DNA of 64,000 nt from Eledone cirrhosa (lineage: Eukaryota). A program made the position numbers and the translations under genes. Below are positions 34,101 through 49,566 of this stretch, piece by piece. Below the pieces are notes generated by a model. The model had not been told where the DNA came from and did no database searches. It saw nothing but the letters and a program-made list of their open reading frames with translations. Each line of letters starts with the position of its first letter. Position 1 is the first letter of the stretch. The DNA lies in assembly GCA_964016885.1 (NCBI GenBank), contig OZ024742.1:288610001-288674000 (forward strand), given 5' to 3'.

Positions 34101-37100
34101 ACACTATAGTAGGTGGTGTACCAACAGTCACAGATACACACACACACACTATAGTAGGTGGTGTACCAACAGTCACAGACACACACGCACACTATAGTAG
34201 GTGGTGTACCAACAGTCACAGACACACACGCACACTATAGTAGGTGGTGTACCAACAGTCACAGACACACACACACACTATAGTAGGTGGTGTACCAACA
34301 GTCACAGATACACACACACACACTATAGTAGGTGGTGTACCAACAGTCACAGACACACACACACACACTATAGTAGGTGGTGTACCAACAGTCACAGACA
34401 CACACACACACACTATAGTAGGTGGTGTACCAACAGTCACAGACACACACACACACACTATAGTAGGTGGTGTACCAACAGTCACAGACACACACATACA
34501 CTATAGTAAGTGGTGTACCAACAGTCACAGACACACACACACTATAGTAGGTGGTGTACCAACAGTCACAGATACACACACACACACTATAGTAGGTGGT
34601 GTACCAACAGTCACAGACACACACACACACTATAGTAGGTGGTGTACCAACAGTCACGCACACTACAGCAGGTGGTGTACTAACACACAGACGCACTACA
34701 GTAGGTGGTGTACTAACACACAGACGCACTACAGTAGGTGGTGTACTAACACACACACACACTACAGTAGGTGGTGTACCAACAGTCACACACACACACA
34801 CACACTATAGTAGGTGGTGTACCAGCAGTCACAGACACACACACACACACTATAGTAGGTAGTGTACCAACAGTCAGAGACACACACATACACTATAGTA
34901 AGTGGTGTACCAACAGTCACAGATACACACACACACACTATAGTAGGTGGTGTACCAACAGTCACAGACACACACACACACACTATAGTAGGTGGTGTAC
35001 CAACAGTCACAGACACACACATACACTATAGTAAGTGGTGTACCAACAGTCACAGATACACACACACACACTATAGTAGGTGGTGTACCAACAGTCACAG
35101 ACACACACATACACTATAGTAGGTGGTGTACCAACAGTCACAGACACACACACATACACTATAGTAGGTGGTGTACCAACAGTCACAGATACACACACAC
35201 ACACACTATAGTAGGTGGTGTACCAACAGTCACAGATACACACACACACTATAGTAAGTGGTGTACCAACAGTCACAGACACACACATACACTACAGTTG
35301 GTGGTGTACCAACAGTCACAGATACACACACTATAGTAGGTGGTGTACCAACAGTCTCAGACACACACACACACTATAGTAAGTGGTGTACCAACAGTCA
35401 CAGACACACACATACACTACAGTAGGTGGTGTACCAACAGTCACAGATATACACACACACACACACTATAGTAGGTGGTGTACCAACAGTCACAGATACA
35501 CACACACACACTATAGTAGGTGGTGTACCAACGGTCACAGACACACACACACACACTATAGTTGGTGGTGTACCAACAGTCACAGACACACACACACACT
35601 ATAGTAGGTGGTGTACCAACAGTCACAGATACACACACACACACTATAGTAGGTGGTGTACCAACAGTCACAGACACACACACACACTATAGTAGGTGGT
35701 GTACCAACAGTCACAGACACACACACACACTATAGTAGGTGGTGTACCAACAGTCACGCACACTACAGCAGGTGGTGTACTAACACACAGACGCACTACA
35801 GTAGGTGGTGTACTAACACACAGACGCACTACAGTAGGTGGTGTACTAACACACACACACACTACAGTAGGTGGTGTACCAACAGTCACACACACACACA
35901 CACACTATAGTAGGTGGTGTACCAACAGTCACAGACACACACATACACTATAGTAGGTGGTGTACCAACAGTCACAGACACACACACATACACTATAGTA
36001 GGTGGTGTACCAGCAGTCACAGATACACACACACACACACTATAGTAGGTGGTGTACCAACAGTCACAGATACACACACACACTATAGTAAGTGGTGTAC
36101 CAACAGTCACAGACACACACATACACTACAGTAGGTGGTGTACCAACAGTCACAGATACACACACTATAGTAGGTGGTGTACCAACAGTCTCAGACACAC
36201 ACACACACTATAGTAAGTGGTGTACCAACAGTCACAGACACACACATACACTACAGTAGGTGGTGTACCAACAGTCACAGATATACACACACACACACAC
36301 TATAGTAGGTGGTGTACCAACAGTCACAGATACACACACACACACTATAGTAGGTGGTGTACCAACGGTCACAGACACACACACACACACTATAGTTGGT
36401 GGTGTACCAACAGTCACAGACACACACACACACTATAGTAGGTGGTGTACCAACAGTCACAGATACACACACACACACTATAGTAGGTGGTGTACCAACA
36501 GTCACAGACACACACACACACTATAGTAGGTGGTGTACCAACAGTCACAGACACACACACACACTATAGTAGGTGGTGTACCAACAGTCACAGACACACA
36601 CACACACTATAGTAGGTGGTGTACCACCAACAGTCACAGATACACACACACACACTATAGTAGGTGGTGTACCAACAGTCACAGACACACACACACACAC
36701 TATAGTAGGTGGTGTACCAGCAGTCACAGACACACACACACACACTATAGTAGGTAGTGTACCAACAGTCAGAGACACACACATACACTATAGTAAGTGG
36801 TGTACCAACAGTCACAGATACACACACACACACTATAGTAGGTGGTGTACCAACAGTCACAGACACACACACACACACTATAGTAGGTGGTGTACCAACA
36901 GTCACAGACACACACATACACTATAGTAAGTGGTGTACCAACAGTCACAGATACACACACACACACTATAGTAGGTGGTGTACCAACAGTCACAGACACA
37001 CACATACACTATAGTAGGTGGTGTACCAACAGTCACAGACACACACACATACACTATAGTAGGTGGTGTACCAACAGTCACAGATACACACACACACACT

Positions 37101-40100
37101 ATAGTAGGTGGTATACCAACAGTCACAGACACACACACACACACTATAGTAGGTGGTGTACCAACAGTCACAAACACACACACACACTATAGTAGGTGGT
37201 GTACCAACAGTCACAGACACACACACACACTATAGTAGGTGGTGTACCACCAACAGTCACAGATACACACACACACACTATAGTAGGTGGTGTACCAACA
37301 GTCACAGACACACACACACACACTATAGTAGGTGGTGTACCAGCAGTCACAGACAGACACACACACACTATAGTAGGTAGTGTACCAACAGTCAGAGACA
37401 CACACATACACTATAGTAAGTGGTGTACCAACAGTCACAGATACACACACACACACTATAGTAGGTGGTGTACCAACAGTCACAGACACACACACACACA
37501 CTATAGTAGGTGGTGTACCAACAGTCACAGACACACACATACACTATAGTAAGTGGTGTACCAACAGTCACAGATACACACACACACACTATAGTAGGTG
37601 GTGTACCAACAGTCACAGACACACACATACACTATAGTAGGTGGTGTACCAACAGTCACAGACACACACACATACACTATAGTAGGTGGTGTACCAACAG
37701 TCACAGATACACACACACACTATAGTAAGTGGTGTACCAACAGTCACAGACACACACATACACTACAGTAGGTGGTGTACCAACAGTCACAGATACACAC
37801 ACTATAGTAGGTGGTGTACCAACAGTCTCAGACACACACACACACTATAGTAAGTGGTGTACCAACAGTCACAGACACACACATACACTACAGTAGGTGG
37901 TGTACCAACAGTCACAGATATACACACACATACACTATAGTAGGTGGTGTACCAACAGTCACAGATACACACACCCACTATAGTAGGTGGTGTACCAACG
38001 GTCACAGACACACACACACACACACAATATAGTTGGTGGTGTACCAACAGTCACAGACACACACACACACTATAGTAGGTGGTGTACCAACAGTCACAGA
38101 TACACACACACACACTATAGTAGGTGGTGTACCAACAGTCACAGACACACACACACACTATAGTAGGTGGTGTACCAACAGTCACAGACACACACACACA
38201 CTATAGTAGGTGGTGTACCAACAGTCACAGACACACACACACACTATAGTAGGTGGTGTACCAACAGTCACAGACACACACACACACACTATAGTAGGTG
38301 GTGTACCAACAGTCAGAGATACACACACACACACTATAGTAGGTGGTGTACCAACAGTCACAGACACACACGCACACTATAGTAGGTGGTGTACCAACAG
38401 TCACAGACACACACGCACACTATAGTAGGTGGTGTACCAACAGTCACAGACACACACACACACTATAGTAGGTGGTGTACCAACAGTCACAGATACACAC
38501 ACACACACTATAGTAGGTGGTGTACCAACAGTCACAGACACACACGCACACTATAGTAAGTGGTGTACCAACAGTCACAGACACACACACACACACTATA
38601 GTAGGTGGTGTACCAACAGTCACAGACACACACATAGACTATAGTAAGTGGTGTACCAACAGTCACAGATACACACACACACACTATAGTAGGTGGTGTA
38701 CCAACAGTCACAGACACACACGCACACTATAGTAGGTGGTGTACCAACAGTCACAGATACACACACACACACTATAGTAGGTGGTGTACCAACAGTCACA
38801 GATACACACACACACTATAGTAAGTGGTGTACCAACAGTCACAGACACACACATACACTACAGTAGGTGGTGTACCAACAGTCACAGATACACACACACA
38901 CACTATAGTAGGTGGTGTACCAACAGTCACAGATACACACACACACACTATAGTAGGTGGTGTACCAACAGTCACAGATACACACACACACACTATAGTA
39001 GGTGGTGTACCAACAGTCACAGACACACACACACACACTATAGTAGGTGGTGTACCAACAGTCACAGACACACACACTATAGTAGGTGGTGTACCAACAG
39101 TCACAGATACACACACACACACTATAGTAGGTGGTGTACCAACAGTCACAGACACACACACACACTATAGTAGGTGGTGTACCAACAGTCACAGACACAC
39201 ACACACACTATAGTAGGTGGTGTACCACCAACAGTCACAGATACACACACACACACTATAGTAGGTGGTGTACCAACAGTCACAGACACACACACACACA
39301 CTATAGTAGGTGGTGTACCAGCAGTCACAGACACACACACACACACTATAGTAGGTAGTGTACCAACAGTCAGAGACACACACATACACTATAGTAAGTG
39401 GTGTACCAACAGTCACAGATACACACACACACACTATAGTAGGTGGTGTACCAACAGTCACAGACACACACACACACACTATAGTAGGTGGTGTACCAAC
39501 AGTCACAGACACACACATACACTTTAGTAAGTGGTGTACCAACAGTCACAGATACACACACACACACTATAGTAGGTGGTGTACCAACAGTCACAGACAC
39601 ACACATACACTATAGTAGGTGGTGTACCAACAGTCACAGACACACACACATACACTATAGTAGGTGGTGTACCAACAGTCACAGATACACACACACACAC
39701 ACTATAGTAGGTGGTGTACCAACAGTCACAGATACACACACACACTATAGTAAGTGGTGTACCAACAGTCACAGACACACACATACACTACAGTAGGTGG
39801 TGTACCAACAGTCACAGATACACACACTATAGTAGGTGGTGTACCAACAGTCTCAGACACACACACACACTATAGTAAGTGGTGTACCAACAGTCACAGA
39901 CACACACATACACTACAGTAGGTGGTGTACCAACAGTCACAGATATACACACACACACACTATAGTAGGTGGTGTACCAACAGTCACAGATACACACACA
40001 CACACTATAGTAGGTGGTGTACCAACGGTCACAGACACACACACACACACTATAGTTGGTGGTGTACCAACAGTCACAGACACACACACACACTATAGTA

Positions 40101-43100
40101 GGTGGTGTACCAACAGTCACAGATACACACACACACACTATAGTAGGTGGTGTACCAACAGTCACAGACACACACACACACACTATAGTAGGTGGTGTAC
40201 CAACAGTCACAAACACACACACACACTATAGTAGGTGGTGTACCAACAGTCACAGACACACACACACACTATAGTAGGTGGTGTACCACCAACAGTCACA
40301 GATACACACACACACTATAGTAGGTGGTGTACCAACAGTCACAGACACACACACACACACTATAGTAGGTGGTGTACCAGCAGTCACAGACACACACACA
40401 CACACTATAGTAGGTAGTGTACCAACAGTCAGAGACACACACATACACTATAGTAAGTGGTGTACCAACAGTCACAGATACACACACACACACTATAGTA
40501 GGTGGTGTACCAACAGTCACAGACACACACACACACACTATAGTAGGTGGTGTAACAACAGTCACAGACACACACATACACTATAGTAAGTGGTGTACCA
40601 ACAGTCACAGATACACACACACACACTATAGTAGGTGGTGTACCAACAGTCACAGACACACACATACACTATAGTAGGTGGTGTACCAACAGTCACAGAC
40701 ACACACACATACACTATAGTAGGTGGTGTACCAACAGTCACAGATACACACACACACTATAGTAAGTGGTGTACCAACAGTCACAGACACACACATACAC
40801 TACAGTAGGTGGTGTACCAACAGTCACAGATACACACACTATAGTAGGTGGTGTACCAACAGTCTCAGACACACACACACACTATAGTAAGTGGTGTACC
40901 AACAGTCACAGACACACACATACACTACAGTAGGTGGTGTACCAACAGTCACAGATATACACACACATACACTATAGTAGGTGGTGTACCAACAGTCACA
41001 GATACACACACCCACTATAGTAGGTGGTGTACCAACGGTCACAGACACACACGCACACACACACTATAGTTGGTGGTGTACCAACAGTCACACACACACA
41101 CTATAGTAGGTGGTGTACCAACAGTCACAGATACACACACACACACTATAGTAGGTGGTGTACCAACAGTCACAGACACACACACACGCTATAGTAGGTG
41201 GTGTACCAACAGTCACAGACACACACACACACTATAGTAGGTGGTGTACCAACAGTCACAGACACACACACACACTATAGTAGGTGGTGTACCAACAGTC
41301 ACAGACACACACACACACTATAGTAGGTGGTGTACCAACAGTCACAGATACACACACACACACTATAGTAGGTGGTGTACCAACAGTCACAGACACACAC
41401 GCACACTATAGTAGGTGGTGTACCAACAGTCACAGACACACACGCACACTATAGTAGGTGGTGTACCAACAGTCACAGACACACACACACACTATAGTAG
41501 GTGGTGTACCAACAGTCACAGATACACACACACACACTATAGTAGGTGGTGTACCAACAGTCACAGACACACACACACACACTATAGTAGGTGGTGTACC
41601 AACAGTCACAGACACACACACACACACACTATAGTAGGTGGTGTACCAACAGTCACAGACACACACACACACACTATAGTAGGTGGTGTACCAACAGTCA
41701 CAGACACACACATACACTATAGTAAGTGGTGTACCAACAGTCACAGACACACACACACTATAGTAGGTGGTGTACCAACAGTCACAGATACACACACACA
41801 CACTATAGTAGGTGGTGTACCAACAGTCACAGACACACACACACACTATAGTAGGTGGTGTACCAACAGTCACGCACACTACAGCAGGTGGTGTACTAAC
41901 ACACAGACGCACTACAGTAGGTGGTGTACTAACACACAGACGCACTACAGTAGGTGGTGTACTAACACACACACACACTACAGTAGGTGGTGTACCAACA
42001 GTCACACACACACACACACACTATAGTAGGTGGTGTACCAGCAGTCACAGACACACACACACACACTATAGTAGGTAGTGTACCAACAGTCAGAGACACA
42101 CACATACACTATAGTAAGTGGTGTACCAACAGTCACAGATACACACACACACACTATAGTAGGTGGTGTACCAACAGTCACAGACACACACACACACACT
42201 ATAGTAGGTGGTGTACCAACAGTCACAGACACACACATACACTATAGTAAGTGGTGTACCAACAGTCACAGATACACACACACACACTATAGTAGGTGGT
42301 GTACCAACAGTCACAGACACACACATACACTATAGTAGGTGGTGTACCAACAGTCACAGACACACACACATACACTATAGTAGGTGGTGTACCAACAGTC
42401 ACAGATACACACACACACACACTATAGTAGGTGGTGTACCAACAGTCACAGATACACACACACACTATAGTAAGTGGTGTACCAACAGTCACAGACACAC
42501 ACATACACTACAGTTGGTGGTGTACCAACAGTCACAGATACACACACTATAGTAGGTGGTGTACCAACAGTCTCAGACACACACACACACTATAGTAAGT
42601 GGTGTACCAACAGTCACAGACACACACATACACTACAGTAGGTGGTGTACCAACAGTCACAGATATACACACACACACACACTATAGTAGGTGGTGTACC
42701 AACAGTCACAGATACACACACACACACTATAGTAGGTGGTGTACCAACGGTCACAGACACACACACACACACTATAGTTGGTGGTGTACCAACAGTCACA
42801 GACACACACACACACTATAGTAGGTGGTGTACCAACAGTCACAGATACACACACACACACTATAGTAGGTGGTGTACCAACAGTCACAGACACACACACA
42901 CACTATAGTAGGTGGTGTACCAACAGTCACAGACACACACACACACTATAGTAGGTGGTGTACCAACAGTCACAGACACACACACACACTATAGTAGGTG
43001 GTGTACCACCAACAGTCACAGATACACACACACACACTATAGTAGGTGGTGTACCAACAGTCACAGACACACACACACACACTATAGTAGGTGGTGTACC

Positions 43101-44800
43101 AGCAGTCACAGACACACACACACACACTATAGTAGGTAGTGTACCAACAGTCAGAGACACACACATACACTATAGTAAGTGGTGTACCAACAGTCACAGA
43201 TACACACACACACACTATAGTAGGTGGTGTACCAACAGTCACAGACACACACACACACACTATAGTAGGTGGTGTACCAACAGTCACAGACACACACATA
43301 CACTATAGTAAGTGGTGTACCAACAGTCACAGATACACACACACACACTATAGTAGGTGGTGTACCAACAGTCACAGACACACACATACACTATAGTAGG
43401 TGGTGTACCAACAGTCACAGACACACACACATACACTATAGTAGGTGGTGTACCAACAGTCACAGATACACACACACACACTATAGTAGGTGGTGTACCA
43501 ACAGTCACAGACACACACACACTATAGTAGGTGGTGTACCAACAGTCACAAACACACACACACACTATAGTAGGTGGTGTACCAACAGTCACAGACACAC
43601 ACACACACTATAGTAGGTGGTGTACCACCAACAGTCACAGATACACACACACACACTATAGTAGGTGGTGTACCAACAGTCACAGACACACACACACACA
43701 CTATAGTAGGTGGTGTACCAGCAGTCACAGACAGACACACACACACTATAGTAGGTAGTGTACCAACAGTCAGAGACACACACATACACTATAGTAAGTG
43801 GTGTACCAACAGTCACAGATACACACACACACACTATAGTAGGTGGTGTACCAACAGTCACAGACACACACACACACACTATAGTAGGTGGTGTACCAAC
43901 AGTCACAGACACACACATACACTATAGTAAGTGGTGTACCAACAGTCACAGATACACACACACACACTATAGTAGGTGGTGTACCAACAGTCACAGACAC
44001 ACACATACACTATAGTAGGTGGTGTACCAACAGTCACAGACACACACACATACACTATAGTAGGTGGTGTACCAACAGTCACAGATACACACACACACTA
44101 TAGTAAGTGGTGTACCAACAGTCACAGACACACACATACACTACAGTAGGTGGTGTACCAACAGTCACAGATACACACACTATAGTAGGTGGTGTACCAA
44201 CAGTCTCAGACACACACACACACTATAGTAAGTGGTGTACCAACAGTCACAGACACACACATACACTACAGTAGGTGGTGTACCAACAGTCACAGATATA
44301 CACACACATACACTATAGTAGGTGGTGTACCAACAGTCACAGATACACACACCCACTATAGTAGGTGGTGTACCAACGGTCACAGACACACACACACACA
44401 CACAATATAGTTGGTGGTGTACCAACAGTCACAGACACACACACACACTATAGTAGGTGGTGTACCAACAGTCACAGATACACACACACACACTATAGTA
44501 GGTGGTGTACCAACAGTCACAGACACACACACACACTATAGTAGGTGGTGTACCAACAGTCACAGACACACACACACACTATAGTAGGTGGTGTACCAAC
44601 AGTCACAGACACACACACACACTATAGTAGGTGGTGTACCAACAGTCACAGACACACACACACACACTATAGTAGGTGGTGTACCAACAGTCACAGATAC
44701 ACACACACACACTATAGTAGGTGGTGTACCAACAGTCACAGACACACACGCACACTATAGTAGGTGGTGTACCAACAGTCACAGACACACACGCACACTA
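31200..44800. repeat. About 7.2 kb/6.4 kb tandem segmental duplication within satellite A
   Basis: Matching ORF-track entries and rare variants sit at offsets 7,214-7,216 (31,565/38,781; 32,620/39,836; 34,596/41,812; 35,383/42,599), then at 6,378-6,382 (36,530/42,912; 37,811/44,189). The difference equals an 834 bp internal duplication (35,383/36,217) present only in the first copy. Confidence 0.8.
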
Positions 44801-47800
44801 TAGTAGGTGGTGTACCAACAGTCACAGACACACACACACACTATAGTAGGTGGTGTACCAACAGTCACAGATACACACACACACACTATAGTAGGTGGTG
44901 TACCAACAGTCACAGACACACACACACACACTATAGTAGGTGGTGTACCAACAGTCACAGACACACACACACACACTATAGTAGGTGGTGTACCAACAGT
45001 CACAGACACACACACACACACTATAGTAGGTGGTGTACCAACAGTCACAGACACACACATACACTATAGTAAGTGGTGTACCAACAGTCACAGACACACA
45101 CACACTATAGTAGGTGGTGTACCAACAGTCACAGATACACACACACACACTATAGTAGGTGGTGTACCAACAGTCACAGACACACACACACACTATAGTA
45201 GGTGGTGTACCAACAGTCACGCACACTACAGCAGGTGGTGTACTAACACACAGACGCACTACAGTAGGTGGTGTACTAACACACAGACGCACTACAGTAG
45301 GTGGTGTACTAACACACACACACACTACAGTAGGTGGTGTACCAACAGTCACACACACACACACACACTATAGTAGGTGGTGTACCAGCAGTCACAGACA
45401 CACACACACACACTATAGTAGGTAGTGTACCAACAGTCAGAGACACACACATACACTATAGTAAGTGGTGTACCAACAGTCACAGATACACACACACACA
45501 CTATAGTAGGTGGTGTACCAACAGTCACAGACACACACACACACACTATAGTAGGTGGTGTACCAACAGTCACAGACACACACATACACTATAGTAAGTG
45601 GTGTACCAACAGTCACAGATACACACACACACACTATAGTAGGTGGTGTGCCAACAGTCACAGACACACACATACACTATAGTAGGTGGTGTACCAACAG
45701 TCACAGACTCACACACATACACTATAGTAGGTGGTGTACCAACAGTCACAGATACACACACACACACACTATAGTAGGTGGTGTACCAACAGTCACAGAT
45801 ACACACACACACTATAGTAAGTGGTGTACCAACAGTCACAGACACACACATACACTACAGTAGGTGGTATACCAACAGTCACAGATACACACACTATAGT
45901 AGGTGGTGTACCAACAGTCTCAGACACACACACACACTATAGTAAGTGGTGTACCAACAGTCACAGACACACACATACACTACAGTAGGTGGTGTACCAA
46001 CAGTCACAGATATACACACACACACACACTATAGTAGGTGGTGTACCAACAGTCACAGATACACACACACACACTATAGTAGGTGGTGTACCAACGGTCA
46101 CAGACACACACACACACACTATAGTTGGTGGTGTACCAACAGTCACAGACACACACACACACTATAGTAGGTGGTGTATCAACAGTCACAGATACACACA
46201 CACACACTATAGTAGGTGGTGTACCAACAGTCACAGACACACACACACACTATAGTAGGTGGTGTACCAACAGTCACAGACACACACACACACTATAGTA
46301 GGTGGTGTACCAACAGTCACAGACACACACACACACTATAGTAGGTGGTGTACCACCAACAGTCACAGATACACACACACACACTATAGTAGGTGGTGTA
46401 CCAACAGTCACAGACACACACACACACACTATAGTAGGTGGTGTACCAGCAGTCACAGACACACACACACACACTATAGTAGGTAGTGTACCAACAGTCA
46501 GAGACACACACATACACTATAGTAAGTGGTGTACCAACAGTCACAGATACACACACACACACTATAGTAGGTGGTGTACCAACAGTCACAGACACACACA
46601 CACACACTATAGTAGGTGGTGTACCAACAGTCACAGACACACACATACACTATAGTAAGTGGTGTACCAACAGTCACAGATACACACACACACACTACAG
46701 TAGGTGGTGTACCAACAGTCACAGACACACACATACACTATAGTAGGTGGTGTACCAACAGTCACAGACACACACACATACACTATAGTAGGTGGTGTAC
46801 CAACAGTCACAGATACACACACACACACACTATAGTAGGTGGTGTACCAACAGTCACAGATACACACACACACTATAGTAAGTGGTGTACCAACAGTCAC
46901 AGACACACACATACACTACAGTAGGTGGTGTACCAACAGTCACAGATACACACACTATAGTAGGTGGTGTACCAACAGTCTCAGACACACACACACACTA
47001 TAGTAAGTGGTGTACCAACAGTCACAGACACACACATACACTACAGTAGGTGGTGTACCAACAGTCACAGATATACACACACACACACACTATAGTAGGT
47101 GGTGTACCAACAGTCACAGATACACACACCCACTATAGTAGGTGGTGTACCAACGGTCACAGACACACACACACTATAGTTGGTGGTGTACCAACAGTCA
47201 CAGACACACACACACACTATAGTAGGTGGTGTACCAACAGTCACAGATACACACACACACACTATAGTAGGTGGTGTACCAACAGTCACAGACACACACA
47301 CACACTATAGTAGGTGGTGTACCAACAGTCACAGACACACACACACACTATAGTAGGTGGTGTACCAACAGTCACAGACACACACACACACTATAGTAGG
47401 TGGTGTACCAACAGTCACAGACACACACACACACTATAGTAGGTGGTGTACCAACAGTCACAGATACACACACACACACTATAGTAGGTGGTGTACCAAC
47501 AGTCACAGACACACACGCACACTATAGTAGGTGGTGTACCAACAGTCACAGACACACACGCACACTATAGTAGGTGGTGTACCAACAGTCACAGACACAC
47601 ACACACACTATAGTAGGTGGTGTACCAACAGTCACAGATACACACACACACACTATAGTAGGTGGTGTACCAACAGTCACAGACACACACACACACACTA
47701 TAGTAGGTGGTGTACCAACAGTCACAGACACACACACACACACTATAGTAGGTGGTGTACCAACAGTCACAGACACACACACACACACTATAGTAGGTGG

Positions 47801-47979
47801 TGTACCAACAGTCACAGACACACACATACACTATAGTAAGTGGTGTACCAACAGTCACAGACACACACACACTATAGTAGGTGGTGTACCAACAGTCACA
47901 GATACACACACACACACTATAGTAGGTGGTGTACCAACAGTCACAGACACACACACTATAGTAGGTGGTGTACCAACAG

Positions 47980-49519
47980 TCACGCACACTACAGCAGGTG
48001 GTGTACTAACACACAGACGCACTACAGTAGGTGGTGTACTAACACACAGACGCACTACAGTAGGTGGTGTACTAACACACATACACACTACAGTAGGTGG
48101 TGTACCAACAGTCACACACACACGCAGACACTACAGTAGGTGGTGTACCAACACACACACTAAAGTAGGTCCTGTACCAACATTCACACACACACTACAG
48201 TAGGTGGTGTACCAACACACACACTACAGTAGGTGGTGTACCAACACACACACACTACAGTAGGTGGTGTACCAACACACACACACACACACTACAGTAG
48301 GTGGTGTACCAACAGTCACACACACACACACACACACACTATAGTAGGTGGTGTACCAACAGTCACACACACACACACACACTACAGTAGGTGGTGTACC
48401 AACAGTCACACACACACACACACACACTACAGTAGGTGGTGTACCAACAGTCACACACACACACACTATAGTAGCTGGTGTACCAACACACACACTAAAG
48501 TAGGTCCTGTACCAACATTCACACACACACTACAGTAGGTGGTGTACCAACACACACACACACACACTACAGTAGGTGGTGTACCAACAGTCACACACAC
48601 ACACACACACACTATAGTAGGTGGTGTACCAACACACATACACACTACAGTAGGTGATGTACCAACAGTCACATACACACTACAGTAGGTGATGTACCAA
48701 CACACACTATAGTAGGTGGTGTACCAACACATACACACTACAGTAGGTGATGTACCAACAGTCACATACTCACTACAGTAGGTGATGTACCAACACACAC
48801 TATAGTAGGTGGTGTACCAACACATACACACTACAGTAGGTGATGTACCAACACACACACACACACCCACACACACTCTACAGTAGGTGGTGTACCAACA
48901 GTCACACACACTACAGTAGGTGGTGTACCAACACACACACACATTACAGTAGGTGGTCTACCAACACACACACACACTACAGTAGGTCCTGTACCAACAC
49001 ACATGCAGACACTACAGTAGGTGGTGTACCAACACACACACACACACACTACAGTAGGTCCTGTACCAACACACACACACACTACAGTAGGTGGTGTACC
49101 AACACACACACACACACACACACTACAGTAGGTGGTGTACCAACAGTCACACACACACTACAGTAGGTGGTGTACCAACACACACACACACACACTACAG
49201 TATGTCCTGTACCATCACACACACTACAGTAGGTGGTGTACCAACACACACACTACAGTAGGTGGTGTACCAACACACACACGCACACTACAGTAGGTGG
49301 TGTACCAACACACATACGCTCTGCTGTAGGTGCTGTACCAACACACACACACACACTACAGTAGGTGCTGTACCAGCACACACGCAGACACTACAGTAGG
49401 TGCTGTACCAACACACATACGCACTGCTGTAGGTGCTGTACCAACACACACACACAGGAACTGAGCGAATACACACTCAGACACACTACAGTAAGTGTAC
49501 CAAAACACACACACACAAA
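47980..49519. repeat. Degenerate edge zone of satellite A with short CTACAGTAGGTGGTGTACCAA(CA)n monomers
   Basis: The AGTCACAGA segment is lost and substitutions accumulate (GGTCCTG, GGTGCTG, CTGCTGTAGG) towards the unique island. Confidence 0.9.
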
Positions 49520-49538
49520 CTGTAATATAGAACCATTA

Positions 49539-49566
49539 TTTAATCGATGTTCCTATTTATTGACAG
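49539..49566 (+). promoter_or_regulatory. 3' splice site: candidate branch point (TTTAAT), T-rich tract and CAG acceptor
   Basis: TTTAAT at 49,539-49,544 is followed by GTTCCTATTTATTGACAG ending at 49,566. There is no other AG after 49,530. Confidence 0.75.

Larger units (their letters stand above)
1..49519. repeat. Satellite A: tandem array of a 31 bp core plus (CA)n microsatellite, monomers mostly 43 or 45 bp (range about 39-51); runs off the left window edge
   Basis: Head-to-tail CTATAGTAGGTGGTGTACCAACAGTCACAGA(C/T)ACACACACACA throughout. Length changes occur almost only in 2 bp steps within the CA tract. Recurrent variants include GTAAGT, CTACAG, GATAC, CATAC, ACCACCAAC and AACGGTC. About 1,100 monomers by length/44. 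Confidence 0.99.

Noticed and set aside
1-49519. CRISPR-like array (constant ~31 bp repeat with variable intervening sequence)
   Set aside because: The intervening sequence is only (CA)n rather than unique spacers, there are no cas genes, and the context is eukaryotic (spliceosomal exon, LINE).
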